Shown here: positions 46,168 through 56,910 of the stretch, piece by piece | Position numbering within the stretch: position 1 is the stretch's first letter | Layout of the letters: each line of letters begins with the position of its first letter | Assembly: GCF_041956535.1 (NCBI RefSeq) | Contig: NW_027192193.1 | Location: forward strand, 688,719 to 752,718 | Source: Calcarisporiella thermophila CBS 279.70 | Lineage: Eukaryota > Fungi > Calcarisporiellomycota | Length of the DNA: 64,000 nt | Reading direction: 5' to 3' | Position numbers and translations under genes: made by a program | Notes under the pieces: generated by a model | The model's database searches: none | Seen by the model: the letters and a program-made list of their open reading frames with translations, nothing else | What the model was told of the DNA's origin: nothing

Positions 46168-47247
46168 TTAGAGGTAAGTCTGCAGCTCGCAGTTGCCGCC
46201 TTCATAGACATCGATGCGGTTCAGGCCACGGAGCTGCTTGTTCATAATGTCATAGTACTTGATGTTGGTGACATAGATATCGAGGTGACGGTTGCCGAAC
46301 GAATAGCTCTTATCGTCGACAAGGAAGCACCCGTTGTGTTTCAAGTCGGAGCCGGGCACGTCCACGCCATCGAACTGCGGAACGTAGATCTTGCGCGGCT
46401 TGTTCTTGACGTGGAGATCGTTGGAGGCAATCGACACGAAGGGAACGAGCGGGTCGCCGTAGGAGTTGATTCCATAGCGATGCTCGGGTTCGATCTCCAT
46501 GAAGCAGTTGTATCCTCCCTTGCAGCTGCAGTTGCCGAGGTTGATCAGGCGGCCTCCGGCGAGCTCACCGCTGCCCTCGAGGCGCACCGAGCGAGCAAAT
46601 GTCTCGGGGACCGAGGCGAGCTTTTTGCCGGCGCAGGTCTTAAGCGTCACCAGTTTGCTCTTTTTGAAGTCCTTCTCCTTGGCAAGCCAGTAGTAGGTCC
46701 TAGAGGGGGCCGGGTTAGTCAGGGGGGCGGGAGGGGAGAGGGTGAGGAAGGAAGGAGGGAAGAGGAGGTGTATTTACATCTTCGAGTTCTTCTGGAGCAG
46801 CTTGCCATGCTTCTTTCTCTTTAATTCGGTTCCGTCCTCGGGGGTATCGGGCAGGACGGGCCCGGGCTGTTCCGGCGCGGGCTGCTCCTGCTGGACGGGG
46901 GTTGTGGCGTCGGCCGATGGTTGGACAAGGCTCTCGGCTGGAACCTGCTGCTCCACCTTGTTGAGGTCATCGGCAGGGGCGGCGTGCTCGGCCGTCTGGT
47001 TAAGGACGGCCAGGTTGGCGGCCAGGGGGATGAGCTCTTCCAGCTGGCGACGCGAGAACTTCGAAGCCGCGGGATGGAAGGCCGTGGCATTCAAGACGTT
47101 GTCGTGCGCGAATTGCTCCACGAGATGCGCGAGGCCAAGGGCCTCGAGATCGTAGTGCTTGAGGGCGCGGCGCAGATTGGAGGATGAGCCAGCCTGTGCG
47201 ATGCCAGCGGCACAGGCCACTAGGGCGCATGTCAATACAATTTTCAT
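46168..47247 (-). CDS. Secreted protein with a C-terminal 3D (three-Asp, MltA-like double-psi barrel) domain
   Basis: Signal peptide, pro-like linker ending KRKK, one intron, then MTYYW..RLEGSG..PLVPFVSIASND..IYVPQFDG..GCFLVDD..HLDIYV. Confidence 0.72.
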
Positions 47248-50200
47248 GGGGGAGTCTAGGTTGGGGGGGGGATGGGTTTATTTGGGGTTGGGATGGGAAG
47301 GGGATGGGCGAGGGGTATACCGCGGATAAATAAGCAAGCGCCGAGGAGGGAATTAAAGAGAGGAAGAGGAGCCTTTCAAAGGCTGCTTCGGGATGGAGAT
47401 TGGGAGGGGAGGGGAGAAGCGGATGGGATGATGGGAAGAAAGGAGCAGGGGGGAGGAGCGCGGGCAGGCAGGCTCTATATAGAGTGCTTGAAAAGGGAAG
47501 CCAGTTTGTTCTACTCGGAATGGCTTTTATTTTGTTCTGTTTTTGCACCTTGCCAGCGCAACGGTTGGCAGAGGAGGCCGGCGGCGTGCAAAATAAATTA
47601 GGGTTGGTTGTGCGCGTGTGCCAGGCTGGCCAGCAAATTCGGAAGCAATACGAGCTTAAACAGGAGTACAGCGGGGCCTTCTTTTTTTTCCATGGAGGGG
47701 TTTGGTTCCTAGCGCGGCCGTAGGGCGGGCGCGCGCAGCGCCGTGAGCCACATCCCCCCAACTCAGCCTCGCTGCTCTCTGCCTCGCGCCGTGTTTTGGA
47801 CCACTTTTCCTTTTGTTCTCTTCCGAATATTTGACTGGCGGTGGAGCCGCCTGCCATTGGCCAAAGCGCGCCGCGCTGCAAACCTTATTTCCGCAGTCAT
47901 TGCACGAAGCGCGGCGGCGGGTTTTATAAGGAGCCCGGCGGCCAATTCCTCCCAAGCAGTCTCCCCCCGGCCGCGCCGGCGGCACACCAAGGCGTCCTGC
48001 CAGCATTGGCCCCGATATCGAGGAGGGAGAGGGGGGCAATGGGCCGAAGGGCCATTAACCAGGCGGCTCCACAATTGGGCTTTTTTTTGCGGGGGAGAAG
48101 AGGAGTTCCGAGGAGGAGTTTGGGGAGAGTTCGAGGAGGGTGGCGCCGCAATGGATTAAATGACACCGGCGGCAAATGACGGTCGAGGAGGAGGAGAAGG
48201 CGCAGGGGCGGTTAGGGTGGATTTCCAACCCACCGCACCCTCAACCTGTTGCACTCGCATTTTGCATCCAAGGTCTCCACGAATCCACGTGCATCAGGCA
48301 ACTTCGTGACGTCACCAGATTGATGGTCGGCATCCGTGGTGGAAATTCAAGGTTGCATTTCCAGCAAATTCTGCTGCGTAGAGTTTGCCCGAAGATAGTA
48401 CAAGCGACACCACCGGAACCCTCCACTGCCCACTACACTATTTCGGACCGCGAAACTTGTTCGTTACATGGGTTGAAGAGCCATTATCTCCCCTCGGAGT
48501 TGTAGCAGCTATGCACTGCGCAAGCCCTATTCAATGCCCTCTTTTTCGACTTATTTTCTTCTCTTGCATGTGCATATAGGGCCAACGGGGAAAATGCTGG
48601 CGCATTTATGCTAGCATTCATACCACCGCGTCTTGTCGAGAACAGCTGGCACATCAACAGAACATGCCGCGGGGCATGGGAGAGCGCAGGGCAGGCCGAT
48701 CGAGGGGCCGATAAAAGAGAGTTACAGAGAGTTTATTGAAGAAGTGGACGGAGGACACCTTTCCTCGTGATGGCCACCGCATACATTTGCCTCTCTAGAA
48801 CATGGCTGGGCGTTTCCACCTTTCACGACGTCAGCCGGATAAACTAGGCCTAATCCGGCCTGACAAGAGATAACGCACGATATTACCCCCCAAGCCTGTT
48901 GACCAAAAACGGCGTGGACGTAGAAAGGTCGTGTGCGGCTGCCATCACTCCCCTTTGCCTTTGATGACTCCGCTCTCGGGAGTGACTCAGGTTGTTCCAG
49001 TCTACCGAGAGCCGTAGTAGCAGAAAGTAAGCCACGCTGCCTTTCTTGTATTCCCTATTCATTGTTAATAGGCTTCCCCCGTTGACGTTTTGGTGCAAGG
49101 GATCCTTGTACATACTGAGCCTGGGAACAACCAGGAAAAGTGGCTACACTGGCACCATAGGGTGTCTAATGTAAATCGTGCTGCAACTAACTGAAGTTTG
49201 ACAACCGTGTGTGCTCACCTGCTCGATCGCATCCGAGGTTCAAGACGATGCACAAAGCAAACGGAAACATGAGCACTAAAAGATGCTTTGATAAGGGAGG
49301 AGAGAGGGGCGAGGCATATGATAACGAGGACGAGGCAGGGAGAGGAGCAGGCTCATGTGTTGCAAAGGTTTGACAACCGCTGCGAGTGTGCGCGCAAAAG
49401 AGACATCTTGAAGCAGAGCTCGGAGAAAGTTCTTCGAGGCTATTTTTATAATCATTGATAAGCCAGGAATGTTCCCGTGGTCAGGCCTCGTGCTGACAAA
49501 AACAAATCTCCCGCAGGCAAATCAGGCAGGCCCTGCACCAAGCGACAAAACCCAGGAGAAAATAAAAGCGAATAAAGCACAAAGGTGGCGCGTTGAATTC
49601 GCGTGAGGCCGATGTCATCATTTCGCACGGGGTTGGGGGGGAAAGGGAGGGGAGGGGGAGGGGCTGGGCCGATCTAGCACGGTCGCCGGAGAGAGAAGGG
49701 ATGTCATCAGATTACGGGATGCGCAGCGACCAATTCCCCTGGCCGCGCGTTGATTGGTGCCCCGCTCATATGGCCCCGGGTGCAAGAACCAGGGAGAAAA
49801 AAATCATCGAAGACAGGCGACGGAACCTGAGAGGCTCGCAGGTTATGAATTAGCAATTCAAACGCCGGCCAAACCGCCGAAAAACGTGGGCGATTAGCCA
49901 ACGTGCTGAAATGTAGCACAGGTAATTACTTAACCTGCACCCTCGCCCATGGCCAGACCAGAGCAGTCTCACCGAGCCGACCTCGTACGCACCGTTGTTT
50001 GTTATTACGTGCGGTTACATCAAGGAGCCAGAACGAAACATGGAACCGTCCTGAGAAGATTGGCTATTTTTGTTTGTTTTCAAGAATGTTGAGCCTAGTG
50101 CTTTGATCCTCTTGTCCAGCGGGCCCTTGCACCCAATTGCGTTTCACACACCTGTCTTCTAGTGTCCGACAGTGTTTGTGGATAACTCCAGCGGATAATA

Positions 50201-50528
50201 GAAAATTTTCTTTTATAAAAAAAAAGCTGACTTTCAGGGCCAGCCTACTTTTTCTCCCTGAGAGCATTACATCGACCAGGAATCGCATTCGCTGCCAACC
50301 GTAACCCAGTAAGTAAGGAGGGCCCCCTCGTCGCTACCGGACCCTCTGCTCATTGCGCTTCATTTCTCACTCGCACTCACTCGCACTCTCTGCTTCCACC
50401 TAGAATCTCCCACCCCCCTCCAATTCCCCCTCCCCTTTCTCCTGTTCCGCCTCACTCCTTTCCTCTCATTCAGCTTCCTCCCCTCCCCCCCACCCACCCC
50501 TCCCGCCGCCTCCCGCTCGTACTCCCGA

Positions 50529-52082
50529 ATGTATTCCCCCCAACGCTCGGATTCCCTACTGACTCAAAGCTTCACCCCGCCCGAATCCACCAAACCAGCG
50601 TACATGTCACTCCTTTACAACGACTACCTCAACGAAGACGACTACCAGCACAACTGGCAAGGCCAAGCCCAATCGCAGCAACCGCAACCGGCTCAGTCGC
50701 CACGCCAAGACTACCCCGCCACTCCCTCCTCCTCCGCCACTGCCACCACCTCCCCCCCCTCCGCCCCCGGCCTAGCCGCTTCGTCCGCCTCCTTCCTCCA
50801 GCCCATGGACCCCGCGGCCGCCTATCACTCCCCCCTGTCGGCCTCCAGTGCCGCGGACTCGATGCTGGGGCCCTTCCAAGCATCGCCGCTCGACCCTCCC
50901 GGTGACGTGGTCCTTGGCCAGGGGGACTATCTCGCCGCCTCCTGTCTCGACCCCACCACCTCCATGCCCATGGTGGGCTGGACCGATTCGGACCTGTCGA
51001 AGGCTGGCCCTGGACTGGTGTTCGGAATCCCATGGATGGGCATGGACGACTCCTTTGGCGCGGGCCCCCGCCCCGCCCTGGAGGCGTCCACCTCCTCCTC
51101 GTTTCCCGCGACCGCCGCCGTCGCGGCCGGGACCCCCCCCAATCCCCAGAACCCCTTGCTCCACCTCCCCACGGGCGGCATCTCCCTCGCAAGCCGACGC
51201 AGATCCCTCTCCACCAGCTCTCTGCCGCAGCGCCCGAGCATCTTCCCCCACTTGGCCGCCGGCAAGCAGGCGAACCCGTCCCCCCTGTTCCAGATCACCT
51301 CCGCGTCCGACGAGGAGGGCCACGACTCGCTGGAGAGTGTGAAGGTCGACGAGATCCCCTCGTCCAGCTCCCTCAGCCCCCACGCAAGCGCCGTGCACAT
51401 GTCCGTCTCCATGCCGGTGAGCCCCGTGGCGTGGCCAATCCCCACCACCGCGGCAGGCTCTGGTAGCGCCGCCAGCTCTCCCCTCCTCACCTCTAGCCTC
51501 GAATCCTCCTCCCTGCCCGACTACGAACGCCTTGCCGGCCACCTGCCCCGAAAACGCTCCTCCTCCCTGCCCCCCGCCTCCTCCTCCTCGTCGACGCCCC
51601 AGACCCCAACGCTGGCCAACACGCCCCAAACCCGGCTTGCTGTCCAGATCCCACGTGCCTCCCGGCCCCGCACCCCCGGCGTCATCACGGCGGAGGAGCA
51701 GCAGCGCTTGGACGACGAGCTGGAGCGCGTCGACTTTGGGGACATCACCGTCACGGAGCTCAAGGATATGCTTCGCCAGCGTGGCAAGTCGGCAACCGGA
51801 AAGAAGGCCGTCCTCATGCAGCGCTTACGAGATGAGCTCGAGGTGATTCGGGGGTTCAAGCGCAGTGGGCTGCGCAGGCCCCCGGGAGGCGGCGGCGGAG
51901 GCGGCGCCCGGTTTGACCCCTATGCGAGGGCTTGTGGATGGAATGCAAGAATGCTAGCCCCTCCCCCCGTAATGTCGCCGCTGGTGACGGTGGCAATGGC
52001 TCCGGCTGGAAATCCAGATCGCGAATGTAATATGGAGGAGTTCATGTATTTGGGCGAGGGTGATGATATCAAATACGAATAA
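50529..52082 (+). CDS. Intronless Ser/Pro-rich protein with a C-terminal SAP domain
   Basis: 517-aa ORF containing the SAP motif ITVTELKDMLRQRGKSATGKKAVLMQRL (~51744-51830). Confidence 0.8.
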   Translation: MYSPQRSDSLLTQSFTPPESTKPAYMSLLYNDYLNEDDYQHNWQGQAQSQQPQPAQSPRQDYPATPSSSATATTSPPSAPGLAASSASFLQPMDPAAAYHSPLSASSAADSMLGPFQASPLDPPGDVVLGQGDYLAASCLDPTTSMPMVGWTDSDLSKAGPGLVFGIPWMGMDDSFGAGPRPALEASTSSSFPATAAVAAGTPPNPQNPLLHLPTGGISLASRRRSLSTSSLPQRPSIFPHLAAGKQANPSPLFQITSASDEEGHDSLESVKVDEIPSSSSLSPHASAVHMSVSMPVSPVAWPIPTTAAGSGSAASSPLLTSSLESSSLPDYERLAGHLPRKRSSSLPPASSSSSTPQTPTLANTPQTRLAVQIPRASRPRTPGVITAEEQQRLDDELERVDFGDITVTELKDMLRQRGKSATGKKAVLMQRLRDELEVIRGFKRSGLRRPPGGGGGGGARFDPYARACGWNARMLAPPPVMSPLVTVAMAPAGNPDRECNMEEFMYLGEGDDIKYE

Positions 52083-53055
52083 CTATCACCGTCGATGTTT
52101 GTTTTTCCAGACTTTTTTTTTCTTCCCTATTTGTTGTCTATTACTTACAGTTATATATATATATATATACTTCTTTTTTATCCACTCTCTATTTCACCAA
52201 CTTCATTCCTTTCTACATCTATGAACCTTATATCAGCTTACATATCACTATATTTATTTTACAATGATGTGCATTTTTTCCCCTCCTATCCCCTCTTTTT
52301 TTTTACCCTTCTCGTAACTTACTCCTCTCCTTACTATTCTCCTCCTCATTTTTTTCCCTCTCCCCTACAGGTAATGTGTTTTTATATCGATAAAACAATA
52401 AAAATTTCGGTTTCAATCACGGCAACCAAAACAGCGGCGCGAGCGCACGAGGGTTGAGGCGAAGCGAATGACTCAATAATAAACTTATCCACATGCCCTC
52501 GGGATACCCGCGAGATATCTTTTTTTCGTCGAATTGGGCTGAACGTAAATTTTTTTCTCTCTTTTGCTCTTGTGTTCCCGTACTATTTTCTTTCGCCTTG
52601 GAGGGTAAGAGGAGAGGTTGGAAGCGAGTGCGTGTGCCGGCTGCCTTTGATCTCCTAGCTTTCCTATTTGATTAGTTCATCCGTTTCTTTGTTTCCACAC
52701 TATATTTCTCTTTCTGTTCGGCTTGGCCTCAAAATTCAGGGGAAAGGCACGAGGGGAATTCTTTCAACGGATGCGTGATCTCTTCTTCTGATTCTGTTTT
52801 GCTTCTCTTCCTTCTAGAATACTGTAAAAAAAAAACCGACTTTTGTATTTGAACATTCCCGTCATCTGCATACTATTTAGAACCGCAATCCCGCTTCTAC
52901 ACCTAGGTAGGCATCATCCCTCCCCCCCCATCTCCTCCCACTCCCATCACGCCTAACCCACAACGCGCATTTGTAGTGAATTTTGCTTTTTCTTCACCTT
53001 CACCTTCACCTCCCTCTATTTCACCTTTAATCGGCATCATTTCCTTTTGCAAACA

Positions 53056-54663
53056 ATGGAGCAGCAATCTGATAAATCCACCACTCCCCCTGAATCCAGG
53101 CAGGAGGCTTCCAAACAAAGCCCCACACCATCGTCCAACAATTCACGCAGCGCCACAAACGATCTCAAATCCAATGGCCATCTGCGGAATGATCCTGCCT
53201 ATCGCGCTGCCGTAGCCGCTGGGTACAACCCCAACGATCCCGCGACATTTCACATCGCATACCACTGCGGCTTCTATCCCGTTCAATATTACCCCGGAGG
53301 TAATCCCCCTGCGGGGGACCAGTCGCCCCAATTCCAGCCCGTAGGCGCGGCAGGAGCATACTACGCACCCGCAAGCCCTGCTTTTTATCCCGCCAACCCA
53401 CAGAGCGCCCCCACGGCCGCGGCGGGGGTGGTGATGCAATCTCCGCCATTACATCCAACGGCTTATGGTTATGCATACCCCTCGAGCATCCCCTCCTCCC
53501 CTGCCTTCTCCCAACTCTCCTCTCCGCCCGGCTCGCCGCCGCTTCGCTACATCACGTCTCCCATGGCATCTCCGCCCGGCTCCCCATCATGGAAGCCGGC
53601 GCGCTCGGGCTCGCGTCCCTCCTCGCGCCAACAGGATCCGTTCTACAACCCCACGCAGACGACCAACGTCTACATTCGCGGGCTTCCCCCCACCACCACC
53701 GACGAGTCCCTGTATAATATGTGTGTTGTGTATGGAAAAATCACCTCCTCAAAGGCGATGCTCGACCAGAGGACGGGCGAGTGCAAGGGATATGGGTTTG
53801 TGATGTATGAGACGGACGACGAGGCCAAGCGAGCCATGGAGGCTCTTATGCAGATGGGATTCCAAGTGAGCTTTGCCAAGGTATACTATTTTCCACTGAA
53901 GAGCGAGGCTGGTTACTCACTGGCACCGCCACCCTTCATTTTATTAGGACTCGTTCAGTCTTCGCCTGAAGAGTTTACAGGATCATACCTCGACGAACAT
54001 CTATTTGTCAAATCTTCCTTTGGACATGGACGAGAATGTAAGTGGGCCCTTGCTCCCCTTGCGTTCCCCCCCCCCTCTCTCCCTCTCTAACCTACGCTGC
54101 ATCCATAGGCACTGGAGGAAATGCTTCAGCCATATCGCACCACGTCAAGCAAAATTATGCGCGACCCTGTCACGAACGCCAGCCGCGGCGTCGGTTTTGC
54201 TCGTATGGTCGATCGCCAGTCTGCGGAGGCCATCATTACCAAGTTTAATGGCACCACCCTGGAGGGATCGAATGTTCCTCTGCAGGTGCGCTTCGCCGAT
54301 TCTCCCGCTCAAAAGAAACTGAAGGGCCAGGTGGTGAAGAAGACGGTGTGGCGCGCGGCTGGGATGGGAATGGGGGTGGGCGGGATGGGCCAGCCCTTGA
54401 CCCCGGAGACGGTTCTAGGGATTGGAAATGCCCCCCCTGTTGTGGCGACCCCCTCCGGGTACTATGCTGCCTATCCTCCTCCCGCTCAGTCCCAGAATCA
54501 CCCTATGAATGCCCAGAGATATCTACCCCAGGTGGCAGCCACCTCGTACCCAGTTGGCTACTACTACCCCCCTCCTGCTGAGGGGGAGGAGAGGTCCTCC
54601 GCCGAGGAGTTGACGGGCTTGGTGCAAAAGATGGGCATTGAAGAGAAGGAGACCGTGGCTTGA
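53056..54663 (+). CDS. Two-RRM RNA-binding protein (RBMS/MSSP-like)
   Basis: TNVYIRGLP..CKGYGFV..FQVSFAK / ..TNIYLSNLP / ..SRGVGFARM..LQVRFAD; two introns. Confidence 0.88.
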
Positions 54664-55066
54664 TGGATCCTTGGCTGTTCTATGTTGGAATTTCTTAATG
54701 ATGGTGCCTTTTATTTTTCCTTTCTTCCTATATACAGAATGATACACGCGATAAGGAATATACTCCTGTCTTAAAAAAATAGTAACAAAATTTTTCTTTT
54801 TTCTGAATCTTTTTTTCTTCTACAATGAATTTTTGTTTTTTTTTCTTATTAATGAATCATTTTCTTTTTCTTTTTTTTTTCAACTCTGCGTAGACTTTTC
54901 TTATATATATACATATACACGTATTATATATATTTGACTGAAAAGAATATGATAGTTTTGTTTTTTTTTCTTATGCTTTTCCTTAGATTTTTTTTTTCCT
55001 TTTCCTTTTCTTTTCCTTTTTGGTTTTTTCTTAATTTTTTTTCCGCCATTTTGTTTTTCAGTTTTT

Positions 55067-55377
55067 NNNNNNNNNNNNNNNNNNNNNNNNNNNNNNNNNN
55101 NNNNNNNNNNNNNNNNNNNNNNNNNNNNNNNNNNNNNNNNNNNNNNNNNNNNNNNNNNNNNNNNNNNNNNNNNNNNNNNNNNNNNNNNNNNNNNNNNNNN
55201 NNNNNNNNNNNNNNNNNNNNNNNNNNNNNNNNNNNNNNNNNNNNNNNNNNNNNNNNNNNNNNNNNNNNNNNNNNNNNNNNNNNNNNNNNNNNNNNNNNNN
55301 NNNNNNNNNNNNNNNNNNNNNNNNNNNNNNNNNNNNNNNNNNNNNNNNNNNNNNNNNNNNNNNNNNNNNNNNNNNNN
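55067..55377. other. Assembly gap (311 N) flanked by T-rich low-complexity sequence
   Basis: Run of N in the sequence. Confidence 0.99.
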
Positions 55378-55691
55378 CTATTTTGTTTTTCTTAGTTTTT
55401 TTTTTTTTTTTTCTTTTCTTTTCCTTTATAAAAAGCAAGGTTCTTTACTGTTGAAGCCTCGAGCAGTCATTGAAGAGAGAAATAGGAAAGAGAGAGAGAA
55501 GTAAAAAAAAAAAAGAGGAAGAATTGATCCAAAGAAGAAAATATATATAAAAGTACTATAACAAAGATAATAAAAAAAGACACTAAAGTTTATAAAATGG
55601 AAGATACTGTGTATATGGTAAAACAAACATATATATATATATAGAGAAAGAGAGAGAAAGCGAGAGCATGGAGTGGAAAATCGACATGATT

Positions 55692-56910
55692 TCACCAAAC
55701 CCTTCTTCGTCTTCGACCTTGGCGCTCCTTCACTACCTCGTCATAATTTTTCACATGCCGCGACTGGCGTTGTCGGACCCTTTGATAGAGGTAGAGCAGG
55801 TTCGACAAATCCTTTGCGATGACAAACAGGCATCCGCCGATCACGTTCCGGTGGAACGTGTCAGTGCGGGCCCGTATGAACGCAAACCGTCCAAGGAAAC
55901 TGCCCATCGTGGAGGCGATGGCGGGGAGCAGAAGAGCCCCGGCAATCATCCGCCCCAGATCGGCCCCGTAGAATACTCGCATTTCCGTGTCGCGGTGCTC
56001 GTCCTCCTCTCTTGCCTCCACGCCACCCTGGAACTCTCCCGCCAGCTCGCGGTCCCGCTCCACTAGCTCTTCTCTCCACCCGTGCTCGCCCTCGGCGCCA
56101 AATCCTCCCACATCGTGCTGATCTCCGCGCAGGAGCTGCCTCCATCGTTTCTCCGGCCGCCCAAAAAGCTGGGCATAGACCCCATTGTAGAAGAGCCTAG
56201 CCCACGGGAGCAGGGACATGGTAAGCGCGGGAGTGGGGGGCCAGGTGAGGGCATGGTCACGCCCCAGCACAAGCAGCGGTACAAGGGGCATGAAGACATC
56301 CATGTGGGGAGTGCGAGAGGCCACCAGTAGTACGGGGATAAGCGGGAGCCCGATCCAGGTGCGCCAGGACCAGTCCCCTGCAAGAAGGGCCTCCCCCTCC
56401 TCCGCGCCACACACGGTCAGAACAGCGTAGGCCCTACAACGAAAACGAGAGAAAACTTATTCAGTCTTCCGCAAAATGGATCATGGCGGCTCGGGCCTAT
56501 CCGGGTTTGGACGGCTGGGAAATCCAAGAGAGGGACGCTCCTTACCCGTAGGTTGTTCCGGTGATGACGACCGAACATGTGAGGCCCACCACCATCAAAT
56601 ACGGGACTGCGCCTTGGAAGGCCAGATCGACCCGGGTCATGAGCTGCAGGAGGGTCGAGTTCCGCTCCGTCAGCACATAGGTGGCCTGGCACTGGGGGCA
56701 TCGCACCTTTTTCGAGGTCAATCCCTTTTGATTCTCAGAAATCCACTTGAGCAGGCACTCCTCGTGGCTGATGAGCGAGCATTGGCACGGCTTAACCCAG
56801 CGTTTGCCAGCCGACTCTGCGTCATCGCCAAAGCAGATCCAGCATTTCCGGGGATCCTCTCTGGAGCTTGAGGGCAAATGGGTCGTGGCTGATGTCGTGA
56901 TAGAGGCCAT
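55692..56910 (-). CDS. MARCH5-like RING-CH membrane E3 ubiquitin ligase
   Basis: RING-CH CWICF..WVKPCQCSLISHEECLLKWI..CPQC; TTYG/AYAV..; IGLPLIP; GALLLP..; IGGCLFVIAKD..YQR. Confidence 0.85.

Noticed and set aside
54934-55698. ORFs spanning or flanking the N gap
   Set aside because: Artefacts of N bases and T-rich 3'UTR sequence.
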